From contig OZ024743.1 in the NCBI GenBank assembly GCA_964016885.1, positions 300,886,001 to 300,950,000 on the forward strand: a stretch of DNA of 64,000 bases, given 5' to 3'. Shown in pieces: positions 12,763-26,780 of this stretch (position 1 is its first letter; every line of letters starts with the position of its first letter). The stretch comes from Eledone cirrhosa (taxonomy: Eukaryota). Below the pieces are notes generated by a model. That model made no database searches. It was not told the DNA's origin and worked only from the letters and a program-made list of their open reading frames with translations. The position numbers and the translations under genes were made by a program.

Positions 12763-14331
12763 TCAGGTTATAAATTGGGTGTTGAGCTCTAGTCTATTAT
12801 TGATTGGTGGATGTGTTCTATCTATAATAAGTGCTTCCTTAATTCTAAGATTGCCGAGGTTTCTTTCCTCAGTTTCTATCCTAACTGTTATGTTTTTATC
12901 GGTGTTTTTGCATTTAACTAGGTGTTTCTTAAATGAGGAAGCGTTAGTATTGAGGTGTTCTTTTATTCTTATGTGGAGTCGTCTGGTGGTGCTACCTACG
13001 TAGAAGTTGTTGCATTTGTCACACTCTAGTCTGTATACTACGTAAGCCTGGTGGCATAGGTCTGTGTCGTTGATGGGGCAGTTGGCTAGTCTGCAGCAGT
13101 TGTCATGTCTGGTGGAGTGTCTCTTGGCCAGCCGTCCGCGCAGAGAAGGACACGAGTGGGCCAGTTGGATATCCAGTCCCTCTCGTCTGATGGCTCTGCG
13201 GATGGCTGCTGTTGTTTCTTCACTGAAGTGTGGGAGCTTCAGGAAACAAGTGTTAGTGCCTCGGGTGTGGTGTCCTCTGTTCTTTCTGGCACGGTTTGTG
13301 GTGGATGTCGTGTATCCGTTCAGTTTGAGTACTTCCAGGAAATGTGTGGTGTGTGTGTCTCGGTCTCTGGCGTCGGTGCATTTGTTCTTGATACGTGCCA
13401 GTTCGTTCTTTATGTATCCGAACTTGGCACCGAGTGGGAGGGCCGATCTGAAATGTACGAACAGGTCCCTGCTGGCGGATTTTTTATAGAAGCAGGTGTG
13501 GATGTTGCCTTCCTCTGTTACCCTGAGTTGGAAGTCCAGTAGGGATAGGGATCCGCGGTCATCGGGGTGTTCCATGCTGAACTTTATACTGGCGTCCATG
13601 CTGGAGAATGTTGTGTATATTTTCTCTGCCTCCTCACGAGATGATGTAAGGATGAGTATGTCATCTACATATCGGGTGAAGAAGGCATGGGAATGGCAGG
13701 TGTTGAGGGCTCGGCATTCTAGCTGGTTCATGTAGGTGATGGCCAGCAGGCCCGAAAGGCTGGATCCCATGGGTAATCCTGTTGTCTGTCTGTATGTGTG
13801 GTGGTGGAAGGTGAAGTACGTGTTGTCTACTGTGAAGGACAAACTCTGGTGTATGTCCGTCGGGTGGAGGCCGTAGCAGTGGATGTTCTCTGCGACCACG
13901 CAGTCCGTCAATAAATCGACAGCTGCGTGAGCGGGGACTGTAGTGTAGAGGGAGACAACGTCGAGGCTAAAAGCGTATTTATTTAGTTTAAGTTGTTCTG
14001 GCTGGAGTTGGTGTTGTCTACGTATAACTTCGTCGGAGCTACTGACATGCCCGGGGAAGGTGGAGAGTAGATGCTTGAGGACCTGGGAGAGAAGCCAGGA
14101 AATGTTGTATAGGGGTCCTTCTATGCTAGAGACGATGGGTCTTATTTGCGTCTTAGTGCTATTCTTGTGGGTCTTGATGAGGTGGTAGAAAGTGGGCAGT
14201 CTGCTATTTCTAGTGGTGTAGTTGAGCTTAATTTTATTCGGGAGTTGTCTTCTCCTACAGATATCGAACCAAATGGAGTTGGTCTGTTTTTCGATTTGGG
14301 CTGCGGTCATGTCCGGTATCACTGTGTACAA
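12763..14331 (-). CDS. PLE reverse transcriptase-GIY-YIG endonuclease (C-terminal 522 aa of an interrupted ORF)
   Basis: YHLIKTHK, IRPIVS, SLDVVSLYT, QTTGLPMGSSLSGLLA, RYVDD, LSLLD; VVYRLECDKCNNFYVGST..RLHIRIKEH, LRIKEALII. Confidence 0.9.
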   Translation of the reverse strand: MYTVIPDMTAAQIEKQTNSIWFDICRRRQLPNKIKLNYTTRNSRLPTFYHLIKTHKNSTKTQIRPIVSSIEGPLYNISWLLSQVLKHLLSTFPGHVSSSDEVIRRQHQLQPEQLKLNKYAFSLDVVSLYTTVPAHAAVDLLTDCVVAENIHCYGLHPTDIHQSLSFTVDNTYFTFHHHTYRQTTGLPMGSSLSGLLAITYMNQLECRALNTCHSHAFFTRYVDDILILTSSREEAEKIYTTFSSMDASIKFSMEHPDDRGSLSLLDFQLRVTEEGNIHTCFYKKSASRDLFVHFRSALPLGAKFGYIKNELARIKNKCTDARDRDTHTTHFLEVLKLNGYTTSTTNRARKNRGHHTRGTNTCFLKLPHFSEETTAAIRRAIRREGLDIQLAHSCPSLRGRLAKRHSTRHDNCCRLANCPINDTDLCHQAYVVYRLECDKCNNFYVGSTTRRLHIRIKEHLNTNASSFKKHLVKCKNTDKNITVRIETEERNLGNLRIKEALIIDRTHPPINNRLELNTQFIT

Positions 14332-15336
14332 TTCACTGTCGCTTAGGTGTTCGAAGGCTAGGTTATTGTATGTGGCTTGAGAGATGACGCATAACTCATT
14401 ACCTTTGTCGATGGTAAGTAAATAAGTTCCTTATTCCGTAGGTTCTTCAGGGCGTGTTGTTGTGTCCTGGAGAGGTTAGGGGCCATCTTCTTCTGTTTCC
14501 GTAAGATGTTAAATACGGAATGTTTTAGTCTCGAGAGTTTTTCTTCCAGCTCGCGGTTGGCGGGCGGTGGATAGAGTGGGCGATCTAGTTGGTATATCGG
14601 GAATCTGGGTGTGGTGGATTCCGTGGTGTTGTTGTCGAGAGTCGATATCCATTTCAGTTGGTAGGCAGTCCGACAGAAATTCGTTTCTATGTCTTGCCAT
14701 ATTCTGTCGTCCAGTCTCTGTTTCAATATGAACTTGGGACCCAGGCTGAGGAGGTCTAATTCCTCTCGGGAGAGGGATCCTGTCAAGTCTGTGACGAGGT
14801 GTTTTGCGTCAGGTGTGTTGTTGGTCGGGGTGCCGCTAGGTTCGGTGTTGGTAACGTATTGTTCGCCTCTGTTGGTGTTTAGCGTTGGGATGTTGTTAAG
14901 ACAGTTGGCCGTCTTGAGTTTGAGATATTTTTGCGTTAGGCGTATTTTCTCGTAGTCTCGGTGGTGGTGGTATGACCTGTCTATAGGGGCGGAGATGACC
15001 CTGGACAGAGGTTCTGGGGTTTCAGCGAGTTGTGGTACGAGGCTGGAAATAGTCCGTATGTGATGTTGTCGCGTGCGGTGTAGGTGTTGTATGAGTTTTC
15101 TTAGGCAGAATGTTTGTATGTAACTGAGTGATCGTTTGAGGCCTGGTGATTTGAAGCATCTTGGTAGGTGTAAATTTCTGATGGTTTTGGGGGATGGTGT
15201 TGTTATTCAGGCATCGTTTTAGGAAGTTTATTTGGCAGCCGGCTTTGGCGCGCTTTTCAGATAGCTGGAAGAGTTTCTTTACAGTTGTGAACTGGGCCTG
15301 GCCCAGGCGTAATGAAAGGAGGAGGTTATAGTTCAC
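14332..15336 (-). pseudogene. N-terminal part of the same PLE ORF, broken by stops and frameshifts
   Basis: ORFs 15022-15336 and 14358-14786 carry PLE N-terminal motifs (LLSLGPKF, NLSRTQQHALKNLR). Confidence 0.8.
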
Positions 15337-15357
15337 TATATATATATATATTAATAT

Positions 15358-16117
15358 ACGTGGGAAAGTAAAAAATCGGAGAATAGACCGTTAAAACATG
15401 TTTATTTAAAATATCACCTACGTACGTTTCGCCCAGTTGGGCTTCTCAAGGGCATAAATAATCACAAGTGTTCCGTATATAGTTCGGAAAGAGTTTTGGG
15501 GGTTAAATCTACATCAAGATTCATTGATCGCAAAAATATCTTGTTTTGATTTTGCAGCAGGTCAAGGGAGGTAACTCTGGCCGGTGTTAGGGCAGTCTTT
15601 CCTGGATAATTTTATTTTTATTTTTTTTTTTTTTTGCCGCATCCGTTTGCAATCCTTGTATACCAGACCCAGCCTCAGACAAACGGATGCGGCAAAAACA
15701 AAAAAATTATCCAGGAAAGACTGCCCTAACACCGGCCAGAGTTACCTCCCTTGACCTGCTGCAAAATCAAAACAAGATATTTTTTCGAGCAATGAATCTT
15801 GATGTAGATTTAACCCCCAAAACTCTTTCCGAACTATATAAGGAACACATGTGATTATTTATGCCCTTGAGAAGCCCAACTGGGCGAAACGTACGTAGGT
15901 GATATTTTAAATAAACATGTTTTAACGGTCTATTCTCCGATTTTTTACTTTCCCACGTGCTTACGCTCTGCTAACTCTCTAGCCCACTAAATATTAACAC
16001 TTCGAATATTTAATACTGCCGGCACTAGTATCGAGCACCTTTGGCATACGCTACTTGGCAAATAACTATATGTATCACCTATCCCTCCTTTTTCTCTCTT
16101 TCTCGATACGTAAATTC

Positions 16118-16118
<1 letters not shown>
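15358..16118 (+). mobile_element. Hairpin-shaped non-coding PLE pLTR module (~290 bp arms, 30 nt loop, ~160 nt tail)
   Basis: 15358-15649 is inverted at 15680-15958. Tail 15959-16118 runs into (TA)n. Confidence 0.85.
15863..15900 (+). ncRNA. Minimal HHR, U3-A8 variant (mirror copy on - strand at ~15414-15455)
   Basis: CC-TTGAGAA-GCCC aact GGGC-GAAA-CGTACG-TA-GG. Palindromic stem III, weak stem I, AATAAA at 15910. Confidence 0.7.
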
Positions 16119-17630
<1,512 letters not shown>

Positions 17631-17684
17631 ATATGGGTGAGAAGAATACTGCTGGTTGCACATGGATAACATGTTATAAAATGA

Positions 17685-17786
17685 GTCCCTCATCGGTGAT
17701 TTACCAAACGATCATGGGTATTTCATCGCATTAAAAATCATATACCTCACGTTGAAGCGATAATAACTAAAATAAGTTATTAGGAC
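17685..17786 (-). ncRNA. Candidate non-circularly permuted hammerhead (copy G1, CCGATGA core)
   Basis: Minus strand: GTCC..hairpin..ATCGC..GGTAT-A-TGATTT-ttaat-GCGAT-GAAA-TACC..AAATCA-CCGATGA-GGGAC. Confidence 0.65.
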
Positions 17787-18216
17787 AATAGAAACGCGTA
17801 AAGCGAGTGAGACAAGTAAACAACACAGGGGGAAGCTAACCGAAGATGGAAATAAACGCAAGCAACATAGTTATTCTTTCAGCATAAGCTGTGTGAATAT
17901 ATGAGCGAGTCAGAAAACAGACCTTTCGCTAGTGAATCCGGTGTTAGAAAGAATCAAAACGTTTTCCCAGCGAACGGGAGGAAGAAAGAAGGGGAGAAAC
18001 AGGGACTGAGTGAGTGGGAGTGCGAGGAAGAGGTCAGTAGAGAGAAAGAGTTAACTGACATGGCAGAGGGGACGAAAGAAAGTAAGAGAAACAGAGAGAA
18101 CGAGAGAGCAGTAAGAGAGAAAGAGAGAAACACAGAATTGCAGTTTGGGTAAATATATGAAAATATGGGTGAGAAGAATACTGCTGGTTGCACATGGATA
18201 ACATGTTATAAAATGA

Positions 18217-18318
18217 GTCCCTCATCAGTGATTTACCAAACGATCATGGGTATTTCATCGCATTAAAAATCATATACCTCACGTTGGAGCGATAATAACT
18301 AAAATAAGTTATTAGGAC
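18217..18318 (-). ncRNA. Candidate non-circularly permuted hammerhead (copy G2, intact CTGATGA core)
   Basis: Same layout as G1 with CTGATGA; predicted H17 at 18273. Confidence 0.7.
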
Positions 18319-18365
18319 AATAGACACGCGTAAAGCGAGTGAGACAAGTAAACAACACATATATA

Positions 18366-19257
<892 letters not shown>

Positions 19258-19384
19258 ATATATCAGCAGTAGTCTGCTGATTCTCATTGGTATTTCTTCG
19301 CATTAAAGACTAAATACCTAAAACCAGTGCGAGCGATAACTAAATTAAGGTATCGGGACCCATGTTGTTTGTTCACTTTCCTCT

Positions 19385-19486
19385 GTCCCGATAACTTAAT
19401 TTAGTTATCGCTCGCACTGATTTTAGGTATCTAGTCTTTAATGCGAAGAAATACCAATGAGAATCAGAAGACTACTGATGACGGAC
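19385..19486 (+). ncRNA. Candidate non-circularly permuted hammerhead (copy H1)
   Basis: GTCC(19385)..ATAACT/AGTTAT..TCGC..GGTAT-C(19431)-TAGTCTT-taat-GCGA-A-GAAA(19448)-TACC..AAGACTA-CTGATGA(19475)-cGGAC. Confidence 0.7.
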
Positions 19487-19912
19487 TTTTCTCGGTCTAT
19501 CTTTTTTCATATGTTCATATTCGTAACAACGCAGCAAGCCATTTTTCATTCACATATATTTTCCACTCGCTGTGGTTCGTATTTTTTTCTGTTACCTTAC
19601 TGCTTTCCTCTTTTTCTCTCTCCCCCTTACCAGTTACTTTTCTCCATCCCTGCTTCTGGTCACACACTCTAAGCTGGCCCCTTACTCACAATTTTACTCA
19701 CTCATTCTCTGCTACTCCTCCTCTCTCACTTCTTCCCGTCTGACCTGCGTTCATTCGTTCCTCTCTCAATGTTTTCATGGCTCGGACGTGTCTTGTCTAT
19801 TTTCTTCTCAACATTTGATTTGTCGGACTTAAGTCCACAAGATTCATTGACTTGTCTCTCTTTTCCTCTCTTTATGTTGCCTTACTACTATGTTGTTTGT
19901 TCACTTTTCTCT

Positions 19913-20013
19913 GTCCTGATAACTTAATTTAGTTATCGCTCGCACTGATTTTAGGTATCTAGTCTTTAATGCGAAGAAATTCCAATGAGAACAGCAGACT
20001 ACTGATGAGGGAC
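19913..20013 (+). ncRNA. Candidate non-circularly permuted hammerhead (copy H2)
   Basis: Same layout; H17 at 19959, CTGATGA at 20002-20008, then GGGAC. One stem III mismatch (ATTCC). Confidence 0.65.
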
Positions 20014-20075
20014 TTTTCTCAGTCTATTTTTATTCATATGTTCATATTCGCAACAACGCAGCACGACATTTTTCA

Positions 20076-20165
<90 letters not shown>

Positions 20166-21129
20166 TATTGTGTGTATCTAGCGATACACGGTATATTTAA
20201 AATTAAACATTTAAAAACCCTTCAGGTATCCATTTGAAAACTGATGACGTAGCGCCATCTAGCGGATTCCAGCAGGAAGAATAATTGGTTAACCGTCGAC
20301 AGCATCGTGTCTGTTTCTGCTCGTTATCAATACATTTTTAACTTTCCTCCTCTCTGCTGGAACTCAAAAGAGGCGAAAGCATGTAGTTTCGACACCTACG
20401 TAGATGGGCTAATTTGCCCGGTTCGCATATAGTGCTATAGGCTGGTTCAGCTCGAAAATATAATGATGGTGTTCTCTGTAAATTGTATGCATATATATTC
20501 GCTCTATCATAGCTGTATACATACATACATATTTATTAGACGAACAACTTAATGGAGATTCGTCAGTAAGTCTGAGTTTGGCAATTCCAATGTTGAGTAT
20601 GATCACTGTGTCACATGCCTCTTTTAGAGGGCGTGCGTTGTGGGATACCTGTTATAATGGATCGAAAGTTGGGCATTGAGTTAAAATTATATATTTCATT
20701 GTTTGTGTTATTACATTTAATTAGCTAATTAACGGCGACTGTAACCGATATATTTGATATAAAAATTGAACACATGTCTGCTCACTCGGATCTCTCAATA
20801 TAGTGGACATGTATTATATAAAAAGGACTTTATTTTAAAAATTGTAATTTGTAAGATGGCTTATGACAAAGCCGTAAAACATGTTTATTAACGTAAGTTA
20901 ATAAACGTAAGTTTCCCATTTGACTCTGGCTTCGCTTGATAAATGTGTACATCGTACATAACATAATTTTAAGGAAGCATATATTAGAACACATGAAACA
21001 TTTAATAATGATCTCTGACGACAGATATTACAGTCAACCTTTATAATAAAAAAAATACATAAATATGTAAAATTCCTATCTTCTGTCTCACAGTTTATTA
21101 TATATTAGGTACTTTTAAAACATTTTTTC

Positions 21130-21500
21130 CTTTAAAATATTCTATGGTCCTTTGAATTAATATTACTCGATAGTGCGTAGATTGGAAATGAGAGATTCGA
21201 ATCAGGTATAGACGATACCTTTCCAAATTGAGGGATCAGAGCTCCAATATTGCGGACATGTGGTTCAAATGTCTCAAGAAATAATCGCTGGACGATTTTT
21301 ACGGGCAAAACCAATAGGCATGTGGCCTAGCTGTAAAACCTGAGCAAGATGGTTGGATAATATGCATGAGCTCAACTGGAATCACTTGGGGATCGAACCG
21401 GATCAATTGGAGACAAATGCGTCTGACAGAAACCGCTGGTAAGTATATTTCGGGACTCTGCCTCCATGAATCCCTCCTGAATAAGTGGGCGAAGAAGAAC
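21130..21500 (+). mobile_element. Decayed RTE-like LINE 3' end
   Basis: Resembles the 3' part of the minus-strand element at 26781-27000 and ends in a GAAGAAGAA tail. Confidence 0.5.
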
Positions 21501-24334
21501 TTTTATATATTTGAAATATACTAGATTAATTTATTGCTGAATATTTTCCTTTCCAAAGTAATAACTTACATCATGACTGGAGGTTCATACCGTTAAGTGA
21601 CTGAGTGTAAGTGGTTTTCACCGCAATTCAAAATCATAGATGTTATTGTTTCAGACATTTTCCGCCGAGAGAAGAATGTTACAAGGTTTGCCTTACTCAA
21701 GGACATAACATAGCTCTCAGTCTGTGTGCACGGTACTCGACGTTAGAGGTGTAAAACCAATACCACTAGACACTATCCCTTGATCCGTCACATGCATTTG
21801 CTTTGCAATTAATATACAATTGAACTTATATAATGGCATAGAATTTAGCAAAATATATATATATAAATTGTAGTTGCAGAATAGAATTTATAGTAATCTT
21901 AATTTACTAAATTGTTGTAGTGTTAGTTCTTTTATTTTGTTATTAAGGTAGCGCATGTGAATAACGACGATATTTACCTGGAGATATAATTTCCTAACAT
22001 TATTTTGATATTGATGTTTTCTGTAATAACAGGAATCACACATTTCAGATGATTCTTAATTTGTTATGTCTATTGCTTAGTCTCTCAAATATAAAGGATA
22101 TAAAATAGCATTTAAGGACGAATATTATAGCTATTAATGATGTATTTAGATTTTTCTAATATAAACCCTAATATATCATCCAAATATAACAATAATCAAA
22201 GCAAACTATGATTCGAAACACGTACATGCTATCACCCAGTTATCATGCACCTTTCAAAGTCAGAGCTAATTGTTCACATCAAAAGTCGGGTTGGGAAACT
22301 TTAGAATGAAATTTTATAATCTATATTGTTGAATTACACGAAGAGCTTCCATTTCTTTCAGAAAATTTGAATATCCCATTCATTAGATTTTCAATATCTT
22401 TTGGCTTATTACAAAACAAAATAGATTTATGATATTGCAAATGTATAATTTGATTACGATAGAATAAGTATATATGTCTTTCAAAGGTTCTCGAGATTTA
22501 GTTTTTAATGTATAGTAAAAGAAAATGTACCGATAAAAGGAAACTTTAAAATCTCGTTAGAACAACTAAATCCGAACAGAAAATAAGAAAAATATATATG
22601 AATAAACGGAAAGTGAATTACGTCTACTACAGATTCTTAAGTTACCATATTATTTTAGTATCACGTGCGATTTGACAATTTATTTGAGTTTCCCTCAAAT
22701 TATCTTGTAGCTGATACAGACATTTCTTTTTATGTTCAAATGAAATTAGTTCTTTGACGCGATTCGGCAATATTTAGTGATTTACATTGGAAATGTTGTC
22801 ACTTAGAGCTTTTAATGCAATATTTTTGAATATACATCGCGTGAATATCTTCCTGAATTCGAAGTAATTATTCGAATAAAGGTGTTTGTTTCAATTCTCC
22901 ATTGTATATATATATATTGCTGTCTGTATTTAAATACATTGACGATTGCTCGGGAAAAACATGAAAAATGATTGCAACAGAAGGAGCCACTAGTATCATA
23001 ACTAGAATAAATTGTAAATAACATTTGTCTATGCGGATGAAGACATTTTGCATTTGCTATTCCATTGTATCTGATATATTCCCTCCCCGAAATAACCTCC
23101 GGCGCCCATTACCTTCTCATACACATAAACACAAACATTTCCCTGTATAAAATGGAAAAAGTTGTAGCAAGAGGTAAAGTCTCATAGAATCTGAAGTGCC
23201 TTAATGTTTCAATTCTCATATAGAGAAACAAATTACAGTTTCGCACCTAGAAATCTGAGAAGTGCGCACGCTTTACAATGTTTCCATGAACATCCTTAAA
23301 ATTTCTGTGGGAAACGTCAGTTAAACAGCGACTTCAATTTTCTGAAATTTTTTTTCAAATATAACTATGTAAATTTAGTACATCAGAATATGATGCTCAT
23401 TTTCAACTAGAGGAAAAGAATTTCAATGCAGACATATTTGGCACAAAATTATATAATATAAACATTAAACTAAGATTGCAAATTATGTGCAAACGAACTG
23501 TATGTTACTAATATTAACATATAGAATATAGTTTCAAACATTACCTCGTTAGCTATGTGGAACATGTTTTTATTAACTATTAGGCGTCTGCCACAAATGT
23601 AGCCAATTATAATCATTGACGTAAGTATCCCTCAAAATGCAGTTGTAACAATGAATTTATAACAAATCAATTGTAATAATGCAATTGCTATTATCCTATA
23701 AATGAAAAAGAAAACAAAAAAAGAAGCCCATGTTTTATTATATCAGAATTTAAAAGAACATCAATTACCGTTATAGAATCATAAATTGTGCGCAGTTATA
23801 TGTTTGTCATTTGTTCAAAAATGGCATCTAGTTTCCAGGGAGAAAGTCATGAAAGATACATTTGAAGCTAAAGTGTCTCCTAATAAATGGCATCAAGGAT
23901 AGCTATAAAAGTGACGCGAATAGAGATTTATAGTGTACTCCATGGCGAGTTATACACTTTGAAATAGGGACAACGTCGATAGCGTTGATGAGGGCAATAT
24001 TATAATGATGATGTTTACGATGGTGATATTAAGGATTTATAACATAATCACAGAACAATATAAGTGACAAAATGTAGATTATAGTGGTTTGAATTGAAGG
24101 AGTTATCTAATAGGTTGTGGTTTCTCGACCCGAATGAATAAAATACATATCGTTAATTTTGTTATATGAACTCACCATGTAATTAGATGTAAATGAACCA
24201 TTAAAATTGTGTGTCAGGTGCTCTACTGATTTCGACATTCGAGCCTCATCTCCAATCATAATAATAGCAATAATACAACAACAACAACACTACTGCAACT
24301 ACTGCTCCTACACCTCCTACTACAAATAATTGTT

Positions 24335-24515
24335 TCTGATACAGGTGCAATACCAGTACTTTTGATGGGAAAAAAAGTCGATTAAATCGACCCCAGTGCA
24401 TTGTTGGGGATTTATTTTAACGACCTCATAAGAATGGAAGACGGAGCTACCTTGAGCAAGAATTGAACTCACAACGTAAGGGTCTGTCACTCTATACCAC
24501 AAATCACTCTACTTT
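24335..24515 (-). mobile_element. Cephalopod-type SINE fragment
   Basis: TCGATTAAATCGACCCCAGT...TTTATTTTAACGACC...GAATTGAACTCACAACGTAA, recognised as the abundant octopus SINE body. Related to 24655-24840. Confidence 0.6.
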
Positions 24516-24654
24516 CACTACTTATGATATATTTTTCTATTGCCAAGTAGGCTCGAAGTATAAAGGACAATACAAATGATCAGAGAGATCGGGAGATTTA
24601 CACAAAACGTGTAAGAAAAGAAAACAAGGAATAATTAACAGTAAATAAATAACT

Positions 24655-24840
24655 GTTTCTATTTTTGGCACGAGGCCAGCAATTATCCCACTGCATTACT
24701 GGCATTTTATTTTATCGATTCCGTAAGGATAAAAGGCAAAGTTAACCTCGATAGCATTTGAACGCAGACCGTAAAAGGACATAACTTTATGCTGCAAAGC
24801 ATCGCACCCGACTCTCTACTGATACTGCCAATTCACCAGT
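24655..24840 (-). mobile_element. Cephalopod-type tRNA-derived SINE
   Basis: Minus-strand head GGTGAATTGGCAG (A-box-like) and GTTCAAAT (B-box-like); body TTTATTTTATCGA..AGGATAAAAGGCAAAGTTAACCTCG. Confidence 0.65.
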
Positions 24841-24854
24841 ATATAAATAACAAA

Positions 24855-25330
24855 AGCATTTACCAATAGCGGTTAACTTTACCCATGAATAGGATTCAAT
24901 CCCCACAATAATGAAACTAAATTCATCACCAAGAACAACATAGGAATGCGCCATTCTTCTCTGAACTCTCCATTGTAAAAACGCATACTCACATTAGGCA
25001 CATTTTCTCCGGTCCCTTCGTTACATTCAAACATCTTTTAACAAATGTACAAAGGTGGAGCGATTCTCAGAGTGCCTCATCTGACATTTCCGTGTCTGTA
25101 AATCTCAAGCCTACAGTGAATTCCGGTAGTACAAAGATGCCAGGAATATTTGGAAATCGTCCAAAGACCTCTCGAACAGATTGGCTAGTTTATCCTCGTC
25201 GATGCCTAGAATTACATGGAGAACGTCGTTGCAATTGTCTAACACTATTCCTCTAGAGAATTATGTACGTCTGACATCATTCAGGATGCCAAACAGCAGG
25301 ATTGGGTCTTCCCTTGATCCAACCACGCAG
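24855..25330 (-). pseudogene. Old Tx1-like LINE ORF2 C-terminal fragment
   Basis: Minus-strand translation FSRGIVLDNCNDVLHVILGIDEDKLANLFERSLDDFQ aligns with FFRGLVEGKSDDVLGETLGVDENQLANLFGRT..MDNFQ of ORF 46510-47163. Confidence 0.7.
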
Positions 25331-26780
25331 CTCAGTCAAATAAATGTGTTGTTATTGTTGTTTTCATTCTTTTTGTTGCATCTGTTGCATTTGTTCTTGT
25401 ATTTGATTTTTTTGCTGTTACTGATGACGTCATTCGTTCAGTCATTTTTTTTTTGTTAATTGTATGAATTCTTTTTTCTTGTGTTATCGTGGTGGCGTTG
25501 ATGGTGGTGCACGTCTTGCTGCTGCTGTTGATTTCGGGCATGTCTACTGTTAGGATCGTGGGGGCCATGGCCTGCACGGTAGCAGAACTTGGGAGTGGCG
25601 TGAAACAAGTTCGTGAATATTTCCTTCTGCACGTTATTTTTTGTTTTGACTGTTATAACTATTGTTGTTGGTATTATTGATGGTGCTGGTGGTGGTGAAG
25701 ACAGTGCTGGTTGTGGCAGAGCAAGTGTAGATCAGGGTGTTGTCTCCAACTTTTGTTTTAATAGGCGTAATATGATTAACATTTGTAATATTTGGACCAA
25801 GGGCCCAAATATTACGAAATCGCCTTTCCTGACGGCAATGTATTTACAGTTTACAACAGAACTGTAAACAAGAAACGGTTCACAAACCAGTGAAAGCCAA
25901 CAGAACTTACGCTTGCATAAATATTACACGAGGAAACAAAACAACAACAACAACAACAACAACAAAATCAATAATAATAATAATCGACTCCACACTTAAC
26001 AACAAACGCTTAAAACACACCAGCGTTAATATCAGAGGAGCTTAACACAAACATGATATAAACAACTACAAAAATGAGAGAAGAAAGAGAAGCAAAAGAG
26101 AACACAACAATGTAGATGAACAGGAAACAAGGTAAATGTATGCCAATACTAAACATAAACAAACAGTGAGATGGTAAAAGAAACAAATGCAACAGGTCAC
26201 TGAAGTAATTCGGTTGATCTATTTTATAACAGTTCAGGTATTGAGGGAAACCTTGTTTATGCTGACAATATCAGACAAATTGCAACACACCCACCAAACA
26301 TGAAATAAAAATAATACATAAAATGGAAAAAAAAAATGAAATAGGAATATCGCTCTTTACTCAGTGAAATGGAAAATAGGGATTCTTGGAACAAATGAAG
26401 AAACCTAAATCCAAAAGAGCATATAAACAACACTCTGGAAACAAAAGAACAAATGATTAAATAAATTATATCGGAAAAGCATGCACGATTAAATGGTTGG
26501 GGAAAAGTGAACGCTTCTTTTATGAGCGCTTCTACCGTGTTGTGAATTCAATGAAAATATATTTTTTCTGGGGAACTTGCACAAAGCATTTACGTTTGGA
26601 CGATACACTAGAAAACAAACTTCAACTGAAATTAAGGCGTATCCAACGGAATAGAACAACACTTACAGTACGATATAAGCGAAAAAGTGAACAGGAGAAT
26701 GTAAGTAAATGCTACTGCTTGTAGAGCCGACGATAACAACTAAAACCATGTTGAAAAGTTGAGGAAAAAAACTGACACAC

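Larger units (their letters stand above)
12204..15336 (-). mobile_element. Near-full-length Penelope-like element (RT + C-terminal GIY-YIG) with 3' pLTR, between (TA)n tracts
   Basis: Three consecutive minus-strand reading segments (15022-15336, 14358-14786, 12763-14331). The N-terminus has FLKRCLNNNTIP and LLSLGPKF. A 3' UTR/pLTR with an HHR spans 12204-12760. Confidence 0.92.
19262..20079 (+). mobile_element. Non-coding element H: inverted partial repeat + ~190 bp direct repeats + CT-rich spacer (homolog of G)
   Basis: 19262-19359 is inverted at 19385-19481. ~19362-19550 is repeated at ~19890-20079 (period 528). Ends in (AT)n. Shares motifs with G. Confidence 0.8.

Noticed and set aside
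19475-19510. Reading CTGATGA-GGACT-tttctc-(A/G)GTC as a standard type I HHR
   Set aside because: No GAAA follows the local hairpin, and family G lacks that hairpin. The upstream GAAA/stem III/stem I arrangement explains the conservation better.
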